From Octopus bimaculoides (taxonomy: Eukaryota): 64,000 bases of DNA. The position numbers were made by a program, and so were the translations under genes. The notes below the pieces were generated by a model that was not told the origin of the DNA, ran no database searches, and saw only the letters and a list, made by a program, of their open reading frames with translations. The stretch covers positions 30,600,828-30,664,827 of the forward strand of contig NC_068984.1 in NCBI RefSeq assembly GCF_001194135.2, read 5' to 3'. Position 1 is the first letter of the stretch. The number at the start of each line of letters is the position of its first letter. Positions 52,393 to 64,000 of the stretch are shown here, one piece after another.

Positions 52393-53819
52393 ATGTAAAT
52401 ATATATATATATATATATATATCAGAAATGACATACATAAATGAAAAGAAAACAGCACTGCATAAGAAAGGCAAACTTTCAAATTAAAAACATGGAACAC
52501 TAAACACATTGATATTATAAAAATATTAACCACCAGTAATTTGTTGACCATCAAACCAGGTTACACAGCACAACTACAACACTAGCATTCTCAATGGCTG
52601 CTGGTTTTCAAATATTCCACTTAGCAAAAGCAGCAACAATATTGCACAGATAATTTCCCTTTGCATCTTCAATAATCTTCACAAACACATACTTGTACAT
52701 CACCAAACTAATAACAAAAACACATCTCAGAACCACCTTCTGCTTCTCACACTTAGTAACTACACTCACTTGACAAACAATACCCTAACTTTCTTACTGC
52801 ATCCTTAAGGTACTTACATATCAATGAAGAAAGTTAAAACACTTTCCATTCTTCAAAAATGTACAATGGCAGGAGTTTCACCGTGAAACAGGATCAAGTC
52901 TTTCAGAATTCAATAACCACGTAATCACTAACACAGACATTTCATTACATAGATTCAATGAAATAATTATGGATGTACTTAAAAATAAATCTCATAAAAC
53001 ATCATAAAAAAAAGCAACCTCAGTTACGCAACTGAAATAGCTAATCTCACATAAACTAGAGTCCACCTCAAATACAATACACTGAAACCACACACAACTA
53101 AAATTAAACTCCTCGACATATTAATAAAAATATAAATATTAAATATAAATTCAAGAAAAAACAGTAATTAAATAAACCGTTACTAAACAAAAACTAGCAA
53201 AAATTTGCAACCAAAATTAACCACAAGAGAAATGGTATAAACCACAATATAGATACTATATCAACAGTATCAGCACATGTGATATTTCTCAAACCTCAGT
53301 TAGCAAACAACACACAAAGAAGGAAAGAGTACAGAATGAAAAATAACCTTCTAAATTAGACTATGATTTTGATCTCTTCTTTCCTACAATTACCAAACTT
53401 CAGTAAGAAAATCTAAAAAATCAGAGGTTTCAGAGCAAAGGTAAAACACAAAAATGCACCTGATATATGATGGGGCTGAAAGAATTTCTGTAATTAATGT
53501 ATACAAGAATTATGATGACCAAACATGACCTTAATAAACAAAACATGTCAGAATTTCTCAGAACTGTAGTAACATCAAAATAAAAATTTTGACATTACTA
53601 CAAAGATAATATACACATATGAACACATGTGTGTGTGTGTGTGCGTGTGTGTGTGTTTTGATTGTGTGATTGTTGCAAATGTCATTCATTTCCAGTATTC
53701 TGCAAAGCAGGTCTGGCCAAAGGGAAAAATTACTTTGTTTGGAAACAGACAAGTTAGTGACAGAAAGGGCATCTGACTATAGAAAATATATATACTTACA
53801 CACACACATACACACACAC

Positions 53820-53873
<54 letters not shown>

Positions 53874-53875
53874 TG

Positions 53876-54815
53876 GCTGTAGTAGTGAATGGGACCCTCA
53901 CCAAGAAGACATTAAGAGGAAGTGGAGTGCCTTAGGGAACTGTCTTGGGGCTGCTGCTATTTATGATAACTCTTTCAGACATGCCATCAGTTACACAGAC
54001 AGCTACCCTTACTAGCTATACTGATGATACAAAATTAGTATTAAATTGTCAAGGTACCTTTTGATGCTCATTTTCAACAAAAAAATTTAAATGCTATTTA
54101 TAAACCCACCTGAAGGAAACAACATGCAATTTAATGCATGAAAGGTCTAAGCTCTCTGCTATCTGCTAGTTTGCACTAACATGCCACATCTACAATCATT
54201 TAGACCAAAAGGAAAGCCAATCGCAGAGTCAAACACAGTGCCTGATTTGAGGATTGGTATGAGCAATGACGTCTTGCTTCATGTATATATCACCAAGATG
54301 GTAGAAATGTGCAGGTGAATGGCTGGGGAGATTCTGAGAACTTTCTGAACAATGCACCAAGTAACTGGTTCTATGGAGGACATTTAGCTTCGGCCATCAT
54401 GACTATTGCACACAACTGTGGTTACCCTATTGTGTCAAATTATTAGAGGAACTTGAGGCAGTTTGGCAAAGCTACACTAGAAAGATAATTTCAATGGAAT
54501 AGCTAAGCTACTGGAGCAAAAACTGGAAAGGTATGTAATGATAAACATATGGATATTCCTAGCGAAGTTGGCATCAAACTTTGGCATCTAGGCTTACTCT
54601 AGCCCCTCAAACTGGACGCCATTGCACAATTCAAAATGTCCCACCCATCACATTTAAGGTAATGACCAGGTACTGCAATAGCTTGGGATTCAAAAGCCCA
54701 CATTTATTTAATATCTTGCCACAGTATCTGAGAAATATTCATAAAGTAGGGGTAGATGTTTTCAAAATCAACTTGACCACTTACTGACCAAGGTCCCAGA
54801 AACTGAAAGAAACCT
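53876..54815 (+). mobile_element. CR1/L2-group LINE RT fragment (possibly continuous with a decayed upstream part at about 52700-53250)
   Basis: Reads VVNGTLT..GSGVP*GTVLGLLLF..LSDMP..SYTDDTKL, matching the GVPQG/YADD motifs. Confidence 0.8.
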
Positions 54816-54847
54816 GTCGTATATATATAAATATATATATATATATA

Positions 54848-55737
54848 NNNNNNNNNNNNNNNNNNNNNNNNNNNNNNNNNNNNNNNNNNNNNNNNNNNNN
54901 NNNNNNNNNNNNNNNNNNNNNNNNNNNNNNNNNNNNNNNNNNNNNNNNNNNNNNNNNNNNNNNNNNNNNNNNNNNNNNNNNNNNNNNNNNNNNNNNNNNN
55001 NNNNNNNNNNNNNNNNNNNNNNNNNNNNNNNNNNNNNNNNNNNNNNNNNNNNNNNNNNNNNNNNNNNNNNNNNNNNNNNNNNNNNNNNNNNNNNNNNNNN
55101 NNNNNNNNNNNNNNNNNNNNNNNNNNNNNNNNNNNNNNNNNNNNNNNNNNNNNNNNNNNNNNNNNNNNNNNNNNNNNNNNNNNNNNNNNNNNNNNNNNNN
55201 NNNNNNNNNNNNNNNNNNNNNNNNNNNNNNNNNNNNNNNNNNNNNNNNNNNNNNNNNNNNNNNNNNNNNNNNNNNNNNNNNNNNNNNNNNNNNNNNNNNN
55301 NNNNNNNNNNNNNNNNNNNNNNNNNNNNNNNNNNNNNNNNNNNNNNNNNNNNNNNNNNNNNNNNNNNNNNNNNNNNNNNNNNNNNNNNNNNNNNNNNNNN
55401 NNNNNNNNNNNNNNNNNNNNNNNNNNNNNNNNNNNNNNNNNNNNNNNNNNNNNNNNNNNNNNNNNNNNNNNNNNNNNNNNNNNNNNNNNNNNNNNNNNNN
55501 NNNNNNNNNNNNNNNNNNNNNNNNNNNNNNNNNNNNNNNNNNNNNNNNNNNNNNNNNNNNNNNNNNNNNNNNNNNNNNNNNNNNNNNNNNNNNNNNNNNN
55601 NNNNNNNNNNNNNNNNNNNNNNNNNNNNNNNNNNNNNNNNNNNNNNNNNNNNNNNNNNNNNNNNNNNNNNNNNNNNNNNNNNNNNNNNNNNNNNNNNNNN
55701 NNNNNNNNNNNNNNNNNNNNNNNNNNNNNNNNNNNNN
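54848..55737. other. Largest assembly gap (others at 495-707, 4280-4313, 9391-9585, 19077-19086, 25693-25878, 36424-36433, 40262-40271, 59112-59146)
   Basis: Runs of N, mostly flanked by microsatellites. Confidence 1.
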
Positions 55738-55769
<32 letters not shown>

Positions 55770-56565
55770 GACTGGTCCTACATACATGCTCACATGAAAA
55801 TATTCATATATGCGTACATGCATTCACATAAAAACCTGTACATGCTCACACACACAGAGAAAAATATATAAACATATGTCTACACATGTATATATATATA
55901 TATACATATACATCCACACACACACACACACGCACACTCATATATATAGACATACACACATATATACATATATATGTATATATGAAGGTTTAAGAAGAAA
56001 GCAAGTGGCAAATGGCAAAGAGCTGAACTAAAGACGACGAGTAAACACAATTAATGATCAAAGAGACCCTTAAGAAAACAACATCAAATAATTAGATCCT
56101 AATTAAAGAACAAATATTAAAAAAATGAAAAGGATATAGAAACATATTCATCAACAAATAAATCAAATAACTTTCATGAGCCACTTGTGCAAAAAAATAT
56201 GAAGAAGTTTTAGCAAAGAAATTCTCCTTAATAATTGATAGTTACATGAGTGGTTTCTTTTGAAGTCTGAAGTGGGGATTTGGTAGTAGGTTTTTAACAT
56301 GTTAACTTTAGCTGATATTTTGTGTATTACACAGTTGGATTAGCACATATTTCAATGTATGACTGACGATGATGCTTATAAAAATTGTGTGCTATTTATA
56401 ATGTAGAGACATAGGGAAAATAATGACTGCTATAATAGTGCTAATGACAAACCCATTGATGGATATCATAGGTTTAAAAATTGTGAGAGGCAAGATTTTC
56501 TCTTAATAAAAGCTTCTATTATTAGCCAACAGTAAAATGTAACATAGATGGATAGACAATATAAT

Positions 56566-56949
56566 TTGTTGTTGGCACTCCGTCGCTTACGACGTCGAGG
56601 GTTCCAGTTGATCCGATCAACAGAACAGCCTGCTCGTGAAATTAATGTGCAAGTGGCTGAGAACTCCACAGACACGTGTACCCTTAACGTAGTTCTCGGG
56701 GATATTCAGTGTGACACAGTGGGACAAGTCTGGCCCTTTGAATTACAGGCACAACAGAAACAGGAAGAAAGAGTGAGAGAAAGTTGTGGTGGAAGAGTAC
56801 AGCAGGGTTCACCACCATCCCCTGCCGGAGCCTCGTGGAGCTTTAGGTGTTTTCACTCAATAAACACTCACAACGCCCGGTCTGAGAATCGAATCCGCGA
56901 TCCTATGACCGCAAGTCCGCTGCCCTAACCACTGGGCCATTGCACCTCC
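56566..56949 (-). mobile_element. tRNA-derived SINE family C, full length, well preserved
   Basis: Head GGAGGTGCAATGGCCCAGTGGTTAGGGCAGCGGAC...GATTCGATTC with boxes A and B. Many CpGs retained. Tail GACGGAGTGCCAACAA. Confidence 0.85.
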
Positions 56950-57420
56950 ACAGACAATATAATATACAGGCAAAATTGTAGGTATTTGATACATGACACT
57001 ATTTTCCCTGCTAAATAAAATAAAAAAGGTTAAGCACACAAACAGCATTCAGTAATCCTTAAGGATTTTAAAAATTGCTTCTATAATCAAGAAGAAAACT
57101 AAGGGTTACTGAAGACATTTTGTAATTTCAAAGAGTTTTTATTTAACTAAGCATAATCTCAGAGCAATGTTTACAATTTTTATTCCTTGTGTGCTAATTA
57201 GATCTATTTCAGTTGGCTAGAGTAAAATTAGGATTACTCTCTTAATTAGAATTTGGTTTCTTAATTAAGATTTATGGAGCTCTCATAGAAGTTTGTATCA
57301 TTAGTGTTACATACATAGTAATATTGTTTGATAGGGCATTCTGATAATGTATTTCATGTTTTCTCTAATCCGTCGATACAATTTCTAATTTTACTCAATC
57401 TTCTGCAGCTAAGATTTTAC

Positions 57421-57655
57421 TTTAACCTTTTTTGTTACCATAATTCTGTCGACATACATTATGTTTGTTTCAATCAGTTTTAAAAATTATGATAAAGTTT
57501 GGCAAAATAACTTGGTCATTGTTAAGTTAGAGTTTAGAACATTAATTAACATGAAACACTGATAAAATGTTTGAGTTTTGATCACTTTAAAATAAGGAAG
57601 TTATATCACAGAATATTGGACTTCTCAGGCTGGCTGGTGTTTTGAAAATACAGAA
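57421..57655. mobile_element. Possible decayed piggyBac-like MITE
   Basis: Begins TTAACCTTTTTTGTTACC. The right end is poorly preserved and the assignment is from memory. Confidence 0.3.
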
Positions 57656-58672
57656 ATAGTCATGAAATACTGTTTTACTGAAAAATGGTCTTCTTACATC
57701 TAATTACTCAATTGATTAATATGATCTCATTCTCAAGTCTCAAATAATTGAATTCATTAAAAAATATTGTTGTTTATTTTCTAATTTCATCCTGACAAGA
57801 TCAAAAAATATTTTTGAATAAAGCTTAATCTGAACTCAAAATCTAGATGGACAAAAAAAAGATGTAATCACTATATATAATACCCTCCATGTCTTCATAT
57901 ATACATAATTGTTTTGAGAATAACACTTTAGATTTTGAAGCAGTTGCACTTGTTCTGATTTATAAAATTTACTTTATAAATCATTCAGCATGAGCTGGAG
58001 CCAGTCTGCTTAATTTTACATGTGTCTCATAATGTTTAATGAAATACTTTTCTAAATTAATCAACAGCATTCCTATTTTGTTGCTATAGCAACAGTTCTA
58101 CTTAGTAGCTCTGTTTGTCTTTTGCATTTGAAAGTTCATTTAAATCTTAACTCACATGTAATAAAATGCAATGCGTTTCATATTGATGATGGCAGCAGAG
58201 GGGAAACTAAGTTAGTGGAGAATGAGAGACTGACAGTCAGAGATGTTCAATGCAGGTAAAACGTAGTCAGAGGTTTTACTCTGAAGTCATTGAACAACTT
58301 TGTATCATAAATAATATTTAATTTAACAACTTCGCACATACACCATCATCATTGTCGTCATCGTCATCATTGTCATCATCATCATCATTGTCATCATCAT
58401 CATCATCATTTAATGTCCGTTTTCCATGCTGAAATTATATATATATATATATTTAATTTGTTAAATTTTTTTAAATATATTTGTAATTTATATATTTTTA
58501 TTATGTTTTTATTCATATTCTTATTTTTCTATTTAATATGACTTATAATATGTATTTTTTACTTTGATTCGTTAATAATAATAACAATAAGATGAATAGC
58601 CTGAGGGCGCACTGGTGGATTTATGTATTAGGTATAGCCTTAACAAACACTCCACCAGTGCAAAAAACATGT

Positions 58673-58885
58673 GCAGAAACACCGGGCAAAATGCTTAGCA
58701 GTATTTCGCCCGTCGCTACGTTCTGAGTTCAAATTCAGTCGAAGTCGACTTTGCCTTTTGTCCTCTCGCAGTCGATAAATTAAGTACCAGATACGCACTG
58801 GGGCCGATGTAATCGACTTAATTCCTTTGACTGTCCTTGTTTATCCCCTCTATGTTTATCCCCTTGTGGGCAGTAAAGAAATAAG
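58673..58885 (+). mobile_element. tRNA-derived SINE family B, head partly lost
   Basis: Matches the core and tail of 5358-5594. Confidence 0.8.
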
Positions 58886-59277
58886 AAACATGTGTAGTGT
58901 TGATTAAAAATATCTTCTTTCCCTACAGACTAGTAAAAAGTAAGTTATATATATTTATTCAAATATGTTTTCAAATAATTTTATTATTATTTTATTGGAT
59001 ATAACTTTCTATGTGTATTCCATACAGTAAGGTTGTCCTGAAATAGGAGTTGTGGTTCTATTGGTAAAATCCCAAATTTGTATTAATATATATATATATA
59101 TATATGTATATNNNNNNNNNNNNNNNNNNNNNNNNNNNNNNNNNNNTATATATTTATATATATATATATATATATATATTCTAAGTAGAGCAAAGAAGCA
59201 TTGCTGGTATAATACACAGACAATCGCTGTCTGTCATACCAATACTTATTTTGTAAAAATACCATAAAAAGTAAATT

Positions 59278-59512
59278 AAGCACATGTGCTGGTGCCATGT
59301 ATAAAGCACCCATGCTGGTGCCACATATCAAGCACTGGGGCTAGATTCATATAGAAAACACCCAGTACATGCTGTAAAGTGGTTGGCATAAGGAATGGAA
59401 TCTAGCTGCATAAACCATTTCAAAACAGACAATAGGAGCCTGGAGCAGCCTTTTAGCTTGCTAGTTCCTGTCAAACTATCCAACCCATGCCAGCATGGAA
59501 AACAGATGTTAA
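59278..59512 (+). mobile_element. RTE LINE 3' tail, diverged (a similar copy lies at 60415-60670)
   Basis: GTGGTTGGCATAAGGAATGG...CCAACCCATGCCAGCATGGAAAA. Confidence 0.75.
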
Positions 59513-60917
59513 TATATATACAAATACACATGCACGCACGCGCACACACACACACTCACACACTTTTTTTTATACATATACATACATATAGGTATATATA
59601 CAAACCATAAAAGTCAGGAGATATGAGAGACGAATATATATTTATTTAACCAAGAGACTTCCTTAGGTTTATGACGGTTTCCCAACCTTCTTCATGTAGT
59701 ATTAATTTCAGTATGGAAGAAATTATGCTCACATGTTTGCATTAGTATATTTGCTCTGCTTTATACAATGAAATTGCATATTCAGAAATCAATGGAAATA
59801 AAGAAAGCTAGCTCATGAAATCACCAGAATATTGTGGTTACTCCACTAATCAACTGAAAATGTATATACGTGTGTGTATGTGTGTTTATTTTACTGTCTC
59901 CTTATCTTGATATCAGACGGTAGTTTTAAGCAAGTATCACTGTCATGTGAGAGGTGTTCTTTGTTTCCTATCTTCCATGAAATCATGTCTCGGTATGGTG
60001 AAATGTTATCTTACTTTTAAGTAGGTTAGGGTTGGCAACAGAAATGGCAGTTAACTGTACAAAATCTGTCTAGTCAATGTGAGCATGAAAAAGTGAATGT
60101 TTCATATGTATATTCCATGGATGATATTCTCAATCAAGATGTTGCAACCACATCTGATTGTTCAAAGGTTTCAATTGTGTGTAAATGTACATATATTTAC
60201 TCAATTGCTGATATTTATCAATGATTTCTTCCATTGTTTTGATGCACCATAATTTATCATTAATAAAGCTGTTGGCATCTTTGATGACATGGGTATACTT
60301 AATTATATTTCCCTAAGGTAGGTTAAGGAGAGAAATGAACTTTGTTAGAGTAATACACAGACAATCACACTCTTTCACATCAATATTTATTTTTTAAAAT
60401 ACCCTAAAAAATAAATAAAGCACTGAGACTGGTGCCACATGTAAACACTGAGACTGATGCAATATATAAAGCGCTGGGGCTAGTGCCATGTAGGAAGCAC
60501 CCAGTACACTCTGTAAAGTGGTTGGCATTAGGGAGGGTATCCAGCTGTAGAAGCCATGTCAAAACAGACAACTGGAGCTTGGTGCAACTTCCTGGCTTTG
60601 CAGCGCTTGTCAAACCATCCAACTTATGCTAACATGGAGAACAAACGTTAAATGTTGAAGACGATCATGATATTTGTTTGTCTGCAGCCACTTTTCCGTG
60701 GCTTCTTGGTCTTAAATGAACATATTGAGATATTTATACAGCTTGATGCTCTTCTTGTCACTAACACTTTGTTGTTTTCAAGTAAATGGTATCTTGGTAA
60801 CAGAAGTAACAAAAACAACATTATTCTTAGTGACTGTCATAAAACACAGACATAAAAACACACTGATACACAGACACCCACATATACAGATCTATAAGTA
60901 TGTAAATATTTGTGTAT

Positions 60918-62050
60918 TATATATATAACAAGGTCTAGTTAACCTAGCAAAATCCAAAGTCTTAGTAAGTAGGAAAGTAGACAAATCACAAATCTCCTTG
61001 TGTAGATGACCCTGCTTGATCTGTAGGAAAAGCAGAGGTAGAAATTCATTAAGATGTACCCAGTGTAAACTATCGATACATAAGAAGTGCAGCAATATCA
61101 GAGGAAGGTTAACAAGGAAACTAGTTTTTGAGTGTGGAAGGTGCACCAGTACAGTTAACACTAAAAATGTACAGAAAATAGATTCCATCAGATGCGAGGG
61201 GGCAAAACTAGAAGTAGTTGATAGCTTCTGTTAGCTAGGTGACCAAGTCAGTAGTGGAGGTGGATGCTCTGAGAATATAGCTGCTAGAATAAGAATAGTT
61301 AGGCTCCTACCTCTGTTGGTAATAAAGGGCCTCTCAAATAGAGTGAAAGGTAGATTGTATGATGCCTGTGTGTGAACAGCCATACTACACAGCAGTGAAA
61401 CATAGGCTGTGATGGCTGAGGATGTGCGTAGGCTTGAAAGACATGAAGTAAGTATGCTCCACTGGATGTGTAATGTCAGTGTGCATATACAACAGAGTGT
61501 AAGCGCCCTGAGAGAAAAGTTGGACATAAGAAGCATCAAATGTGGTGTGCAAGAGAGACAATTGTGTTGGTATGGTCATGTGAGGCATATGGATGTTGAC
61601 AGCTGTGTGAAGAAATGCTGATCTCTACCAGTGGAAGGAATCTGTGACAGAGGGACACCCAGGAAGACATGGGATGTGGTGATGAAGCATGATCTTTGAA
61701 CACTGGGTCTCACAGAGCAATGACTAGTGAGCAAGACTTTTGGAGATATGCTGCATTTGCAAAGACCTGTCAAGACAATTGAAATCATGGTTGCTGCTGT
61801 CGTTGGTGTCACATAGCTGGCACCCATGCTGGTGGCACGTAAAAGGCATCTTTCGAGTGTTGGGCTTCATGAAGGCATGTGGCTGATGCTGGTGATGTGG
61901 AACTAGAAACCATGCTGGTGGCATGTAAAAAGCACCTTTTGAGTGCTGGGCCCCATGGAGGCATTGACAAATGACCGAGATGGTTGGCAATATATGCTTG
62001 AGAAGGAAGAGCCATCAAACTGGATGAAATTGTAGTTGTGACAGATATTG
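60918..62050 (+). mobile_element. RTEX-like LINE 3' fragment with PHD-like finger, thumb and 3' UTR
   Basis: Reads CRKSRGRNSLRCTQCKLSIHKKCSNIRGRL...FECGRC, LEVVDSFC*LGD, LYDACV, RQLCWYGHVRHM and RGTPRKTW. Confidence 0.9.
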
Positions 62051-62058
62051 GCACATAG

Positions 62059-62762
62059 GTAACCTAATGGCCTATTAAGGTGACATTTTCACATCATGCA
62101 TATTAATAACAATCTCTACCCTCCTGTATCTATCCATTACATGCATGCTCTTTCTTTGTTCACATACATCATACATCACACAGGTAAAAGCAACCATTAT
62201 GCTCTCGGAGTGGTTGGCATTAGGAAGGGCCTCCAGCTGTAGAAACCATGCCAAATCAGACTGGAATCTGGTGCAGCCCCTCAGCATACTAATCCTGGTC
62301 AAACCGTCCAACCCATGCCAGTATGGAGAACGGACGTTAAATGATGATGATGATGTGTGTGTGAGCATGTACATATAATGAGAGAGAGAGGGAAAAAGGT
62401 AGTAATATATACAGAGAAAGATAATTAGATTGATATATTTACATTGCAGAATTTGCAAAAAAAGTTTGAGAACAGGTGACTTGATGTTGAGTTAGAAGTG
62501 TAAAGATTTATCTAATATAATCTGGTATTTACCTTAATTGATTTAGTCATTTTTGGTGTTTCCTTGGAAGACTACATGAAAGAAGATAACACCATTTCTG
62601 TACGAAACCTATATACACAAATACACGCTCACACATTGATTTGTTTGTGTGATGTGTGTGAACAAAGAAGGAGCAGGCATGTGACGGATAGATATAGGAG
62701 GGTAGAGATTGTTATTAATATGTATGATGTGAAAATGTCAACTTAATAGGCCATTAGGTTAC
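62059..62762. mobile_element. Foldback/MITE with about 120-140-bp inverted arms and a nested RTE tail (62181-62355)
   Basis: GTAACCTAATGGCCTATTAAG.TGACATTTTCACATCAT.CATATTAATAACAATCTCTACCCTCCT... is repeated in inverted orientation at 62643-62762. Confidence 0.8.
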
Positions 62763-63480
62763 TAACAAAGATTTCATCTTCATGTAACATTACAGGGTAA
62801 ATCATATTTGTGAAGACCATTCTTATTCTGGCTATTGATTTTCAAGTCAGAATTTACAGATATTTTGGAAACATGAAATGAAATCGTATAATCAGAAGTG
62901 AAACCTGTGTCATAGACTATTTCACTACAAGTTCAACTTCATTAAGACTGACACTCAAACATTTAAATTCTTTATTTTATTGGTTTCGGTCTTTTGATTG
63001 TAGTTGTGCTGGGATACTGTTTTCAAGAGTTTTCGATCAATCATATCAACCCTAGTACTTGCATCAATCCAGTATTCTTATTATTGATCACTATTTATTG
63101 AATGGTCTAGATTTATAATGATTTGTATAAAGGGAGGTAATTTACCTTATAATTTAGTCTTACATGCATAAACAAGGATGCAGACTCTACCCCACAGACA
63201 CATACAGACCTTAAACAACATTGTTACACTATTTCTATTATTACACACCAAAATCATCACTCAGACATATGGATTCTTTACTCACGAACTTTTGAACAGT
63301 GAGGATTCTCTAGTTTTATGGGGTTGGAGCTACCCTCACTAATGCCAGTGCAAGGATAAAATGCACCCAGTGCACTTTGTAAATTGACTGGCAGATGAGT
63401 AGAGATGATAGAGTGTTAGAAAGACCCCATGGGGAAAAGTGAAAAGTTTTGTCAATGGTTTATTGAGAGTTAATAAAATT

Positions 63481-63885
63481 CACGTGTCGATGCCTGGTTG
63501 GATGACTAAATCCAAGCTTCTCTGCTAGTTCTTCAACAGTTACGATGGGATTTTGCTCCACCAAGTTTTGCAGGACGTCCTTGTTGAGTTCTACAGATCT
63601 TCCAGGATGAGGCTTGTCTGCTAGGCTGTAGTTTCTGGCTTACAATTTCTGGAACCACCATTGACACTGACTTATGCTTGTTGTCAGATCTCCATGTACT
63701 GCATTAATATTCCTTGCAATTTCCATTGCGTTGTTAACTTTATTGAACTCATAGAGCAAAATATGCTGAATATGCTCCTTTGTCACTTCCATTATAGCTT
63801 TGAAAAAAATAGCAGTTAAAATCAAACAACACTCTTTAAAACTTGCACTAGGAATAGATACAAGGTAAAATTACTACGTGCATTT
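63481..63885 (-). mobile_element. Mariner transposase 5' fragment
   Basis: Reads MEVTKEHIQHILLYEFNK..A.E.ARNI.AV.G...S.SQCQWWFQK...SL.D.P.PGR, the Mos1-like HTH. Confidence 0.85.
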
Positions 63886-64000
63886 ATAGTGAGTTGACGC
63901 AGGTAGATTATCCTGTTCTCCTCTGGCTTTCAGTTCATGCAATTGAAAAAGACTGCATTATTTATGGGATGACCCAATATATATACATAAATAAATAAAT

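Noticed and set aside
54768-55823. Longest ORF (351 aa) and other X-rich ORFs
   Set aside because: They are open only because they run through N gaps.
56880-56949. tRNA-like sequences (also the heads at 5128, 10477, 21338 and 48947-49016)
   Set aside because: No complete cloverleaf, and each is joined to a SINE body, so they are not tRNA genes.

Overview
AT-rich, microsatellite-dense eukaryotic intronic or intergenic DNA with 9 assembly gaps. By my recollection the repeat families resemble coleoid cephalopod (Octopus-type) repeats; this is an unverified inference. I could not confirm any host protein-coding exon, tRNA/rRNA gene or CRISPR array, and almost every ORF in the track is a microsatellite, N-gap or transposon artefact. 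The window is a mosaic of decayed mobile elements: more than 15 RTE/RTEX-type LINE 3' ends, two RT-bearing RTEX fragments with a PHD-like finger, two R4/Dong LINE fragments, a CR1-like LINE, a Penelope-like GIY-YIG remnant, several tRNA-derived SINE families, mariner and maT (DD37D) remnants, a Chapaev3-like remnant, a DINE-1/Helentron-like element and several MITEs. The most notable signal is four type I hammerhead ribozyme (HHR) motifs from unrelated sequence families. 25569-25644 (+) has an intact core, a GUC site and a palindromic stem III. 34357-34444 (-) has an intact core. 49083-49128 (+) sits inside a tRNA-headed SINE-like element with an internal inversion. 34786-34824 (-) is decayed and lies downstream of the Penelope-like ORF. 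All folds were read by eye and none has been tested.
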